64,000 bases of DNA, taken from Arcobacter sp. (GTDB lineage: Bacteria > Campylobacterota > Campylobacteria > Campylobacterales > Arcobacteraceae). The stretch is taken from assembly GCA_002685075.1 (NCBI GenBank), contig NYWO01000159.1, forward strand, positions 107-64,106, written 5' to 3'. Shown in pieces: positions 1 through 9,784 of this stretch; position 1 is the stretch's first letter; each line of letters opens with the position of its first letter. The notes under the pieces were generated by a model. That model made no database searches and was not told the origin of the DNA. It saw nothing but the letters and a program-made list of their open reading frames with translations. The position numbers were made by a program, and so were the translations under genes.

Positions 1-510
1 TTTTAGAAAATCGTGTATAAAAAGATTAAAATTTACAAGTGTTACTCAAAGTATTATAAAGACAAAATTGTTATTAAAAAATTAGAAAATTTTATAAATA
101 GAAGCAAAGCAAAAAATATTTTATTATATATACCATTAGGTATAGAAGTTAATGTTAATCCATTAATAAATAAATTAAGAAAAAACAAAAATGTTTATGT
201 TCCTTATATGGAAGGCGACAGTTTTAAAATAGTTAAATATAGATTACCTTTACAGAAAAAGAAGTTTGGAATAAAAGAACCAAATAACTCTTTTTTTAAA
301 GCTAGAAGAATTGATTTAGCAATAGTGCCTATTGTAGGAGTAGATGCTATTGGCAAAAGAGTTGGCTTTGGTAAGGGAATGTATGATAGATTTTTTGATA
401 GATTATCTTATAAACCAACACTAGTTTTCACACAATTAGTACTTTGTAAAAGTGACAAAATTTTATCTGAAAGTTACGATATTCAAGCAGATTATATAAT
501 AACTAATTAA
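1..510 (+). CDS. 5-formyltetrahydrofolate cyclo-ligase (5' end outside window or frameshifted)
   Basis: Motifs FGIKEP, DLAIVPIVGVD and RVGFGKGMYDR; lies upstream of rny as is typical. Confidence 0.9.
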
Positions 511-520
511 GGTTTTGAAT

Positions 521-2065
521 ATGGAATATATTATTGGATGTGTGCTAGTAGCTATTGTTACAGCAATTATTAGCACAATAGTAGTTAGAAAAATTGACAA
601 GGCTAAGTTTCAAGTATTTATTGAACAAGCAAAAGCGAAAGCAAAAGTAATAGAGCATGAAGCGGAAGTTTCTTTAAAGGATTCACAATTAAAAGCAAAA
701 ATTGATTGTGATAGAGAATTTAAAAATGCAAGACGTGATTATGACAATATGCTTGCAAAGATTGAAAAAAAAGAAAGAGAGTTAAACGACCATCTTGAAT
801 CAGAATTAAGAATAATAAAGTCTGAAAAAGAAGAAATAATTGAAAAAAATAGAAGTATTACTTCTTTAAAAGATAGCTTAGAAAAGCAAAAAAAGAGTTA
901 TGCAGAAAAAACTCAAGAAGCAATTAAAATTCTTGAAAATGGATGTGGTCTTACTGTAGAAGAAGCAAAAGAGTTAATGCTTGAAAAAGTTAAGGAAGAC
1001 TCAAGAGCTCAAATTTCTTCTATATTTAGAAAAAAATATAAGATAGCAGAAACAAATACTAAAAATGAGATTAACAATATGCTTTCTCATGCAGTTACAA
1101 GATATGCAGGTGAGTTTGCAGCTGAAAGACTTATTAACAATTTACCTATTAAAGATGATGAAACAAAGGGTAAAATTATTGGTAAAGAAGGGCGAAATAT
1201 AAAAGCTCTTGAAATGTTATTGGGTGTTGATGTTATTATTGATGATACGCCTAATACTATTACAATCTCTTCGTTTAATCTTTATAGACGTGCAATTGCA
1301 ACTAAAACTATAAAAGTTTTATTAGAAGATGGAAGAATTCAACCTGCAAAGATTGAAGAAGTTTATAATAAAGTAAAAATTGAATTTGATAAAAACATCC
1401 TAAAAGAAGGTGAAGATGTTATTTTAGAACTTGGTATTAAAACAATGCATACAGAGCTTATAAAGCTTGTAGGACGTCTAAGATATAGAGCTTCTTATGG
1501 ACAAAATGCATTAGCGCATACTTTAGAAGTTTCTCATTTAGCTGGACTTTTAGCTTCGCAAATGGGTGGAGATGCAATATTAGCTCGACGTGCGGGGTTA
1601 TTACATGATATTGGTAAAGCTTTAACTCATGAAATGCCAGGATCACATGTCGATTTAGGTGTAGAAATTTGTAAAAGGTATGATGAACCTGATACTGTAA
1701 TAAATGCAATTTATGCTCATCATGGTCATGAAGAACCTATAAATGTTGAATCAGCAGCAGTTTGTGCAGCAGATGCATTAAGTGCAGCAAGGCCAGGTGC
1801 TAGAAGAGAAGTATTAGAAAGCTTCTTAAAAAGAGTAGAAGAGGTTGAAAATATTTCAACCTCAAAACCTGGAGTATTAAATGCGTTTGCGATCAATGCA
1901 GGACGAGAAGTTAGAGTTATTGTAAAAGCTGAGCTTGTAAATGATGATGAAGCGGTTATTCTTGCAACTGAAATTGCAAAAGAGATTGAAGAAAAAGTTC
2001 AATATCCAGGTGAGATTAAAGTAAATGTAATTAGAGAATTACGAGCTTTATCTTATGCTAGATAA
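521..2065 (+). CDS. rny: Ribonuclease Y
   Basis: N-terminal TM, coiled coil, KH domain (KGKIIGKEGRNI) and HD domain (LLHDIGK). Confidence 0.97.
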   Translation: MEYIIGCVLVAIVTAIISTIVVRKIDKAKFQVFIEQAKAKAKVIEHEAEVSLKDSQLKAKIDCDREFKNARRDYDNMLAKIEKKERELNDHLESELRIIKSEKEEIIEKNRSITSLKDSLEKQKKSYAEKTQEAIKILENGCGLTVEEAKELMLEKVKEDSRAQISSIFRKKYKIAETNTKNEINNMLSHAVTRYAGEFAAERLINNLPIKDDETKGKIIGKEGRNIKALEMLLGVDVIIDDTPNTITISSFNLYRRAIATKTIKVLLEDGRIQPAKIEEVYNKVKIEFDKNILKEGEDVILELGIKTMHTELIKLVGRLRYRASYGQNALAHTLEVSHLAGLLASQMGGDAILARRAGLLHDIGKALTHEMPGSHVDLGVEICKRYDEPDTVINAIYAHHGHEEPINVESAAVCAADALSAARPGARREVLESFLKRVEEVENISTSKPGVLNAFAINAGREVRVIVKAELVNDDEAVILATEIAKEIEEKVQYPGEIKVNVIRELRALSYAR

Positions 2066-2097
2066 GATTTTAAACTAAAAAAAGAAATAAGAGAAAA

Positions 2098-2688
2098 ATG
2101 AAAGTAAATACACCAACAACAAAAATAATTGCAGGTAAATATAAAGGTAAAACTATAGCTTTACCTTCTTTAGATGTTACAAGAAGTTCAAAGTCGAGAT
2201 TAAAAGAATCACTATTCAATGTTTTGCAGTTTGATATAATTGATAAAATATTTATTGAATCTTTTGCAGGTTCTGGTTCTATTGGTCTAGAAGCAGTTTC
2301 AAGAGATGCAAAAAGAGCATATTTTGTAGAATTAAATAGAAATTCTTACAATATACTTATTAAAAATTGTAAATCAATTGATATGAATAAATGTGAAACA
2401 CAATTAGGTGATACTTTTGTTCAAACACCTGCAATTCTTTCTTCTGTAAAGAACTCGAATGATGAAGTGATTTTATATATTGATCCACCATTTGATTTTA
2501 GAGATGGAATGGAAGATATTTATAATAAGTCATTTAAGATGATTGAAGAAATAGAGAATGAAAATATTTTTATAATTATTGTTGAACATGTTTCAACTTT
2601 AGATATGCCACAAAGTCTTGGTAAATTTTCTTTATCTAAGACTAAAAAGTTTGGAAAAAGTTCTCTATCATATTATAAGTACTCATAA
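2098..2688 (+). CDS. rsmD: 16S rRNA m2G966 methyltransferase
   Basis: IIAGKYKG, FAGSGSIGLEA and DPPF motifs. Confidence 0.93.
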   Translation: MKVNTPTTKIIAGKYKGKTIALPSLDVTRSSKSRLKESLFNVLQFDIIDKIFIESFAGSGSIGLEAVSRDAKRAYFVELNRNSYNILIKNCKSIDMNKCETQLGDTFVQTPAILSSVKNSNDEVILYIDPPFDFRDGMEDIYNKSFKMIEEIENENIFIIIVEHVSTLDMPQSLGKFSLSKTKKFGKSSLSYYKYS

Positions 2689-2713
2689 GAAAATAAAAAG
2701 ATGAGAAGATAAA

Positions 2714-3514
2714 ATGTTTAAATTTGCAGTATATTTATTGATTTCTATAATTGGGTTAGTTTTTTTATTGCCATTTTTTTACACTACATCTGCTTATGAG
2801 TTAAATCCTTTAAAAATTCTTGAAAGTCCATCTTTACAGCATCTATTTGGTACAGATAGACTAGGCAGAGATGTACTTGCAAGAATACTTCAAGGTGGAC
2901 AAACATCACTTATTATCGGCTTTTTAGCAGCAAGTATATCTTCAATAATTGGTTTATTTATTGGAATAAATGCAGGATATTTCAAAGGTAATATTGATAA
3001 AACGATTACTATTACAATTGATTTATTTTTAACTTTCCCAACATTTTTTTTACTCTTAGCATTGGTTTCTTATATCCAAGCATCTTCTGTTATTTTGATA
3101 ATTGTTATTTCAATTACTGGATGGATGGGAATGGCTAGACTTATTAGAAGTGAAAGTTTTGCAATTAGTAATAAACCTTATATAAAAATACTAAAACTAT
3201 CAAATGTTTCAACCTTTAAAATCATCTTTAAATACTTTGCACCTTTGCTTGCACCAATATTCTTAATATCTTTTACTTTTGGAGTAGGTGGCTCAATTTT
3301 AGCAGAGTCTGGACTTTCTTTTCTAGGTCTTGGTATTAATCCTCCACAGATGTCATGGGGTTCACTTTTAAGTGATGGAAAAAGTGTTATTGATATAGCT
3401 TGGTGGGTTAGTTTCTTTCCTGGTTTAATGATATTTTTAATTACTTTTTGTCTTATTCAAATTTCTGATTATTTACAAAGTAAATTTAATACAAAAGAGA
3501 TTCAAAATCCATAA
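2714..3514 (+). CDS. Peptide/nickel ABC transporter permease (DppC/OppC-like)
   Basis: HLFGTDRLGRD and ESGLSFLGLG..PP..SWG motifs; several TM segments. Confidence 0.9.
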   Translation: MFKFAVYLLISIIGLVFLLPFFYTTSAYELNPLKILESPSLQHLFGTDRLGRDVLARILQGGQTSLIIGFLAASISSIIGLFIGINAGYFKGNIDKTITITIDLFLTFPTFFLLLALVSYIQASSVILIIVISITGWMGMARLIRSESFAISNKPYIKILKLSNVSTFKIIFKYFAPLLAPIFLISFTFGVGGSILAESGLSFLGLGINPPQMSWGSLLSDGKSVIDIAWWVSFFPGLMIFLITFCLIQISDYLQSKFNTKEIQNP

Positions 3515-3576
3515 TCAAATTTTTTAATTTTTAATTCTTTATGTTATTATAAGAGAAAATAATTAGGAAATTTATC

Positions 3577-4212
3577 ATGAAATATATATCAAATATTCTA
3601 CTTCTTTCAATCATACTAGTTTTTACCGCTTGTTCTTCTAAAAATGTTATAAAAATAAATGAAGAAATGAATACCTTTTCTTTATATAAAAATGTTGTAA
3701 TTCTATCAGCTCCAAAAACAGTACCAAGTCCTTTTTCTGTTGGTTTAGGAGTAGGGGGAAGTCTTTCAAGACATGTTGGTGTTAGTATGGGAACGGTTTT
3801 TAGACCAGATATCCAAAACGATGAAGCCCTAGATTTAGAACGAAGTATAGCAATTCATAATGTATCTTTACAAGATATTGTAAAAGACGAGTTCTCAAAG
3901 GGTATGAAAAATGATGCTTATTACAAAAATAAATATGTAGCTTTTGGAGCAAATTATCAGGTTCATTTATTTGTTCCAAAATTTATAATTGATAAATCAA
4001 TACTAACTTCAAATGCATACGTAAAAGTTTTTCTAGATTTAGAAATAGTAAATAGAAATGGCGATGTAATTTATAGTGATAGAGTTGTAAATGATTCTAC
4101 GTATTATAAAGAAGATAGCTTATTAAATAATAAAGTACTTCTTGAAGATGCTTTAAGAAAATCTATAAAAAAATCAATACAAGAGTTGATTTTAAATATG
4201 AAGAAAAGCTAG
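3577..4212 (+). CDS. Hypothetical lipoprotein
   Basis: Lipobox FTAC; RBS aggaaa upstream. Confidence 0.7.
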   Translation: MKYISNILLLSIILVFTACSSKNVIKINEEMNTFSLYKNVVILSAPKTVPSPFSVGLGVGGSLSRHVGVSMGTVFRPDIQNDEALDLERSIAIHNVSLQDIVKDEFSKGMKNDAYYKNKYVAFGANYQVHLFVPKFIIDKSILTSNAYVKVFLDLEIVNRNGDVIYSDRVVNDSTYYKEDSLLNNKVLLEDALRKSIKKSIQELILNMKKS

Positions 4213-4219
4213 GCTTTTC

Positions 4220-5041
4220 TTATATTCTATTTAATATTTTATCCATTAGTGAAGTTGATAAAATCCTTTTTGCAAAGCCTAAAATATATGTAGCTTTTGT
4301 CACATAGTATCTAGGTTTTGGTTTAGAACTATTCATAATATTAAATACAACACTAGCAACAGAAGATGCGGGAAGTGTAAAAGGTGTATTGTCTTCTTTT
4401 GATTCTAGTCTACTTTTCAATTCTTTTTTATATACTTCATTAAAATAACTGTTTTCTATATCTACATTTTTATTAAAGTTTTTTAAGCCATTTGCTCTAA
4501 ATTCTGATGTAACTGGCCCAGTGTTTATAGTACTAATAAATATATCTGAATTCATAACTTCAAGTCTTAGTGTGTCATTTAAACCTTCTATTGCATATTT
4601 ACTTGCATTATACGCACCTCTAAATTTTAAAGAGATGATTCCTAAAACTGAAGAATGTTGGATTATTTTTCCAAAGCCTTGTTTTCTAAATATTTTCATA
4701 GCCTGAATTGTAACTTCATGAAGTCCAAAAAAGTTTGTTTCAAACTGCTCTTTTAATACTTCAGTTGTGATATCTTCAACAGCTCCTGGTTGTCCAAAAC
4801 CTGCGTTGTTAAATACTGCATCTAATTTTTTATCATTTTGTAAAATACTTGCAAAGGCATTTGTTATTTCTTCTTTGTTTGTTACATCTATTTTAAATGT
4901 TTCAAGACCAAGATTTTGAAGTTTTACTACATCTTCTTGTTCTCTTGCACTTGCATATACTTTGAAACCACTTTTTTTTAAAAATAAGGCTGTTTCAAGA
5001 CCAATACCTGTAGAACATCCTGTAATTAATATATTATTCAT
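4220..5041 (-). CDS. SDR family oxidoreductase
   Basis: TGCSTGIG, NNAG and YNASK motifs. Confidence 0.92.
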   Translation of the reverse strand: MNNILITGCSTGIGLETALFLKKSGFKVYASAREQEDVVKLQNLGLETFKIDVTNKEEITNAFASILQNDKKLDAVFNNAGFGQPGAVEDITTEVLKEQFETNFFGLHEVTIQAMKIFRKQGFGKIIQHSSVLGIISLKFRGAYNASKYAIEGLNDTLRLEVMNSDIFISTINTGPVTSEFRANGLKNFNKNVDIENSYFNEVYKKELKSRLESKEDNTPFTLPASSVASVVFNIMNSSKPKPRYYVTKATYILGFAKRILSTSLMDKILNRI

Positions 5042-5098
5042 TTAACACTCTTTTTCTTTAATTGTTGGTATTATAGCAAATCAAATATTGGATACTTA

Positions 5099-5866
5099 AT
5101 GAATAAGATAAAAAAGCTTTTAAATGACGAAGTTTCTTCAAGAAATAAACACCAAGAATTATCATACGATAAACCTGACCCACTTTTAGTTGCAAGTAGA
5201 TACAAAGATGAGTATATAATACTTTTATGCGCTCTTTTTGCTTACGGAAAAGCATCTTTAATAGTGAAGTTTTTAGATAGTTTAGACTTTTCACTCTTAG
5301 ATGCAAGTGATGAGAAAATAGATAAAGAGTTAGATAACTTTTACTATAGATTTCAAAATAGTGAAGATATAAAAGTTGTATTTAAAACATTTAAAAAAAT
5401 AAAGCAATCTTATAGTTTAAATAAACTATTTTTAGAAGGATATTCAAAAAACAACTCTATTTTAGAAGGCTTAGATTTTCTAATAAGTAAAATACATAAA
5501 GTTGCAAACTATAAATCACAAGGCTTTACATTTTTAGTTTCAAGTCCATTAAAAAGAGATAAAGAAGGAAATATAAAAGAAATAGGAAATGCACCATATA
5601 AGAGATGGAATATGTTCTTACGTTGGATGGTAAGGTCTGATGAACTTGATTTAGGATTATGGAAGGGAATTGATACAAAAGACTTGATTCTGCCACTTGA
5701 TACACATACTTTTAAAGTATCACAAAAGTTAGGATTACTAACAAGAAAAACATATGATTTAAAATCAGCATTATTGATAACTGAGAAGCTAAAAGAGTTT
5801 GATTATAAGGATCCTATTAAGTATGATTTTGCCTTATATAGAATAGGACAAGAGAAAATACTCTAA
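5099..5866 (+). CDS. TIGR02757/DUF2400 family protein (integration target of island 1)
   Basis: KRWNMFLRWMVR, PLDTH and DPIKYDFAL motifs. Confidence 0.88.
   Translation: MNKIKKLLNDEVSSRNKHQELSYDKPDPLLVASRYKDEYIILLCALFAYGKASLIVKFLDSLDFSLLDASDEKIDKELDNFYYRFQNSEDIKVVFKTFKKIKQSYSLNKLFLEGYSKNNSILEGLDFLISKIHKVANYKSQGFTFLVSSPLKRDKEGNIKEIGNAPYKRWNMFLRWMVRSDELDLGLWKGIDTKDLILPLDTHTFKVSQKLGLLTRKTYDLKSALLITEKLKEFDYKDPIKYDFALYRIGQEKIL
5832..5860 (+). repeat. attL-like copy of island 1
   Basis: ccttatatagaataggacaagagaaaata, matches 12742-12770 at 26/29. Confidence 0.8.
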
Positions 5867-5959
5867 ATCCTCTTAGGTTCCCTCAAGTAAGCTATTATAT
5901 CGATTGTTTAAGAAAGTAACTAAATAGAATTAGATACAATTATTCACAAAAAAATAAAA

Positions 5960-6017
5960 AAAAGTACACCTAAAAGTACACCAAAAAGTACACCTAGATT
6001 TTTAAAGGTGTACTTTT
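5960..6017. repeat. Array of AAAAGTACACC sites (3 direct, 1 inverted); probable integrase arm-type sites
   Basis: Copies at 5960, 5972 and 5984 (period 12), inverted copy at 6007-6017, and AAAAGTACAC again at 12685-12694. Confidence 0.75.
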
Positions 6018-6030
6018 GAAAGAAGTTGAA

Positions 6031-7239
6031 ATGAGTAAATTTATTGGTATAGAAATAGTAAATAAAGATTGTAAAGGTATGTTTTTTGATTGTGAAACAG
6101 ATTTAGAAAAAGTTACATCTGTAAAATAAGCGAATAAACTTATTGGAAAAATTTTCAAGATACAATTAAGAACAAGAGTAAATGGTAAGATTGGAAAAAA
6201 GACATTTACTTTTGAGAGTAAAAAGATCACTTTCTTAAAAGCAATTGAGTATGTTGCAAGTAAAAGATCTGAGGTTAGAGAAATTCTAAAAATTAAAGGA
6301 ACTTTGAGAAAAGAAAAAAAAGTTGAAGAGCCAAATATTGAAGTTGAAGAAGGAGAGACATTTTTAGACAAAGTTGAAACTTTTTTACAAACAAAAGAAA
6401 TTTCAGCAAGAAAATCAACTATTCAAAATTATTCAACTGCATTAAATATACACTCAAAGCCGTTACACAATAAGTCAATTGAAAAAATTAAAATAAATGA
6501 TGTTCAAAAAATCATCAATAAAATGTTGTCAAATAGAGCAGAAGCGACTGTTGTTTTATATGCAAGAACTCTAAGAGCTTTTTTAGCTAAACATAAAGTA
6601 GTAGTTATTAATGAATGGGACGAACTATCTTTACCTCAGATTGATAATAAGGTGGACTATACATTAAGTTTAAAAGAGACAAAAAAGATTATATATGCAA
6701 TGAGAAATTATAGTGGTACACCTATTGAAGGTGAAGTTTTTTATCAGTTTGAAGAAATAAAAAATATTTTTACATTTTTACTTTCTGGAAGAAGGATAAA
6801 TGAAGTACTACAGTTAAAATACAATGATATTAATTTTCAAGATAATACTTTTAAAGTTCCTGCTTCAACTGCAAAGGGTAAGAAAGAACTAGTCTTTAAT
6901 CTTGATAATTATTTATTAGATGCCATTAAAAGTCAAGCTAGATTGAATAAGGTAGATTTATCAAAAAATTTAACAGATAAAAAACTTTTCAAGTATACTA
7001 AAGAAACTCCAAGAGTACATTTCCAAAATCTTTTAAAATCAATGAAATTGCCAAGGTTAAGGCTTCATGATATAAGACATATGTTAGCAACAACACTTGT
7101 TCAAAATGGAGTTGCAATTGCTGATATCAGTGTTTTATTAGGACATAGTAGTATTACAATTACGGAGGCTAGATATGCCAATAAGAGTAAAGATCAAGCT
7201 AGTAGGGCATTAGATGCCTTTAATGATATTATCGGATAA
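6031..7239 (+). pseudogene. Tyrosine recombinase/integrase with premature in-frame TAA at 6127-6129
   Basis: ATG 6031 is in frame with ORF 6304-7239; catalytic SGRRINE, HDIRH, LLGH and Y present. Confidence 0.85.
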
Positions 7240-7333
7240 GAATTGTTTATTGGAAAAATACTTATATCTTTTATAGTTGTCATTTTGACAAATAGTAAAA
7301 AAATGATATAATTATAAAAATGAAAGGATAATC

Positions 7334-7747
7334 ATGGAAATTTCAAACATAATATTTGAAAAAGTGTTAATTAATAATAATATATCAAAAAAAGAATTTT
7401 CTGAATATTCTAAAATTCCTTATGATACAGTTGCAGGATGGAAGAAAAGAAATCATGTACCAGCTTATGCTATGGTTATTTTAAAAGATATGAATTATCG
7501 AAAAAAACTTGATTTAGATGCTGAAAATGATTTAAGAAAGAATAATATAATTATTGCAACAACTAATTACTCTTTAACAAGGAATGAAGAAAAAAGGTTA
7601 AAATCAGTATTTTGGGGTACGAATTATACGACTAATGATATTATTGATGGTATAAAGGGAAAAAATCAAAAAATGATGAAAAGAATAGAAGAAAATCTTC
7701 CTTTTAATATGCAAAGACAAATAATAGGTAAATTAGCTAATGCATAG
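7334..7747 (+). CDS. HTH DNA-binding protein, putative antitoxin
   Basis: Cro/XRE-like KKEFSEYSKIPYDTVAGW; overlaps the toxin start. Confidence 0.7.
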   Translation: MEISNIIFEKVLINNNISKKEFSEYSKIPYDTVAGWKKRNHVPAYAMVILKDMNYRKKLDLDAENDLRKNNIIIATTNYSLTRNEEKRLKSVFWGTNYTTNDIIDGIKGKNQKMMKRIEENLPFNMQRQIIGKLANA

Positions 7748-8585
7748 GGATGATTGGGATAGCGTATTTAAAAATCAAGATAAAATACTTGAACAATTAA
7801 AACCTTTGAATAATAAAATGTTTCTTGCTGGTGGTACAGGTCTTCAAAGATTTGTACTACCAACTGCCTATCGTAATTCAGAAGATTTAGACTTTTTTTT
7901 AGAAAAAGTATGTAATAAGACAGAACTAGATGAAATTAAAAATCAAATTTTGGATTTGATGTCAAAATTTCCAGAGGCTAAGCTAGTAAATTCAAAATGG
8001 ATAAAAGATGAACTGGCTTGGAGAATGTTTTATGATTTTGAAGATAATGATGAAACAGTAAAAATTGAAATCTTAAATTTTACTTGTAATAGAGTAAAAG
8101 ATTTTGCATTTGTAAATGAAGATATATTTAGAACAGAAAATTTATACAACCTTTTATTGTATAAACTAAAAGCTTTATGTGATCGTCCTGATACAATCAA
8201 AGATCTTTTTGATTTATATTTTATTTTAAGAGATTTACAAGAAGTTAATATATCTTTTCTTATTGAAGATATAAATAAAAAATTTAAAGCTGCAATTGGT
8301 ATAGAATATTCAAAAGAAAATATTGTAAGTGCGTTGAATCATAGATTAGAGTGGGATATTGAGATTGGTGAACATGTAAAACATTTACATGGGCTAAAAC
8401 TTGAAATTGAATCTTTTCAAGAAAAGTTAAAAAGTGCTTTTGAAAATAATATTATCCTTGACTTCTCATATAAAACTAGGATTAAAGAAAAAGCACAAGA
8501 GTTTGGATTAGATGAAAATGATTATATAGATATAGTTGAAGACAATCAATTTATTGTAGATGAATGGAATAGATATTATAAATGA
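7740..8585 (+). CDS. AbiEii/AbiGii-family nucleotidyltransferase toxin
   Basis: LAGGTGL...YRNSEDLDFF and KLKALCDR...KDLFDLYF motifs. Confidence 0.88.
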   Translation: MHRDDWDSVFKNQDKILEQLKPLNNKMFLAGGTGLQRFVLPTAYRNSEDLDFFLEKVCNKTELDEIKNQILDLMSKFPEAKLVNSKWIKDELAWRMFYDFEDNDETVKIEILNFTCNRVKDFAFVNEDIFRTENLYNLLLYKLKALCDRPDTIKDLFDLYFILRDLQEVNISFLIEDINKKFKAAIGIEYSKENIVSALNHRLEWDIEIGEHVKHLHGLKLEIESFQEKLKSAFENNIILDFSYKTRIKEKAQEFGLDENDYIDIVEDNQFIVDEWNRYYK

Positions 8586-8621
8586 TTAAAAGAGACCGTT
8601 AAATATTTCGTAACATTTTTT

Positions 8622-9260
8622 GACCCTGTAAAATAAACTGTGTAAACCCACCAGTTTTTCTTTAACTACTTTGTATATTTTTCCATAATTTCACTGAAAA
8701 ATATGCAAAGTTGAGGATATATCTCACTCCAATTTCTAACCTTCGAATTTTTCCATTTATTTTGAACCTCCTGAATTGATAAGTATAAAACTTTAAATGC
8801 TGAATCTATAGTGGGAAATGAACCTTTTGATTTTGTTTTTCTTTTGATAGTTGAATTTAAAGATTCAATTGGGTTTGTTGTATAAATTAGTTTTTTAATA
8901 GCTTCTGGGTATTTGAAAAAAGTAGCTAATTCATTCCAATGATTTAACCAAGATTGTTTTATATGTGGATATTTAGAACCCCAAATATCATGAAATTCAT
9001 TTAGGTTTTCTAAGGCTTGTTCTTCTGTATTTGCAGTATAAACTACTTTTAAATCTTTAGCTATTGCTTTCCTATCTTTCCAAGAAACAAACTTGAGTGA
9101 GCTTCTTATCTGATGAACAATACATCTTTGTACTTCAGCTATTTCTTTATTACCCTCTGCTGTTATTCCTAGCATTATATAAGCAGCCACATTTTTAACA
9201 ACTCTATCTATTCTTATTTTTAATACGGTGGCATCCATAAAGATTATTGGATACATTTGA
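8622..9260 (-). pseudogene. IS256-family transposase remnant with internal deletion and putative terminal repeat
   Basis: YPIIFMDA, QRCIVHQIR and IYTTNPIESLN motifs; segment between GNKEI and AEVQRC missing; IS256-like end gaccctgtaaaataaactgtgtaaac at 8622. Confidence 0.85.
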
Positions 9261-9276
9261 CACTTACGCTCACAGC

Positions 9277-9573
9277 ACATCACATACTAGGTTTTTTTCT
9301 CTTGGATTGTGTATTTCTTACCAATATCATATTCTAATATTTGTTTTCTTATCCAAGGTGTGACCTATTATATTTTAGTGATAATTGTAGTAGAGTTTAT
9401 CTTTGTAAAAAGTGTTCTTTAAAGATGATTTGTTGTAGTTGTACAGGTCTTCTTTGAGAACTAAACCAACTATTACAAGTAGTACATTTATATCTCTGAA
9501 TGTTGTTTCTTTTACCTTTTTTAATAACACTTTTAGAAGAGCAATATGGACATATTTTAGAGTTTTTTTACAA
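9277..9573 (-). pseudogene. N-terminal remnant of a zinc-ribbon IS transposase (IS256 Zn-variant or IS1595-like)
   Basis: Frame 9567-9397 reads ICPYCSSKSVIKKGKRNNIQRYKCTTC; continues through stops and frameshifts to HNPREKNLVCD. Confidence 0.65.
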
Positions 9574-9784
9574 CTCATTGTAAGTAATCTTTTTTAAACC
9601 TTTATATTATTGAAACTTGCTTGAGTTATTAGGCGCCCATTTCTTTAATTAAGTCTATAATATCTATACTCTTAATATTAATTTTCATAATTATTATATA
9701 TGATTGGAAACCTCTATCTATAAGTAATAAAAATGATTACTTTTGATATACTACGCAATAAAATATATATGAGGAATTTTAAAA

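Noticed and set aside
5960-5994. Tandem 12-bp repeats as CRISPR or plasmid iterons
   Set aside because: No spacers, cas or rep gene; position beside the integrase and a copy at the other island end fit arm-type sites
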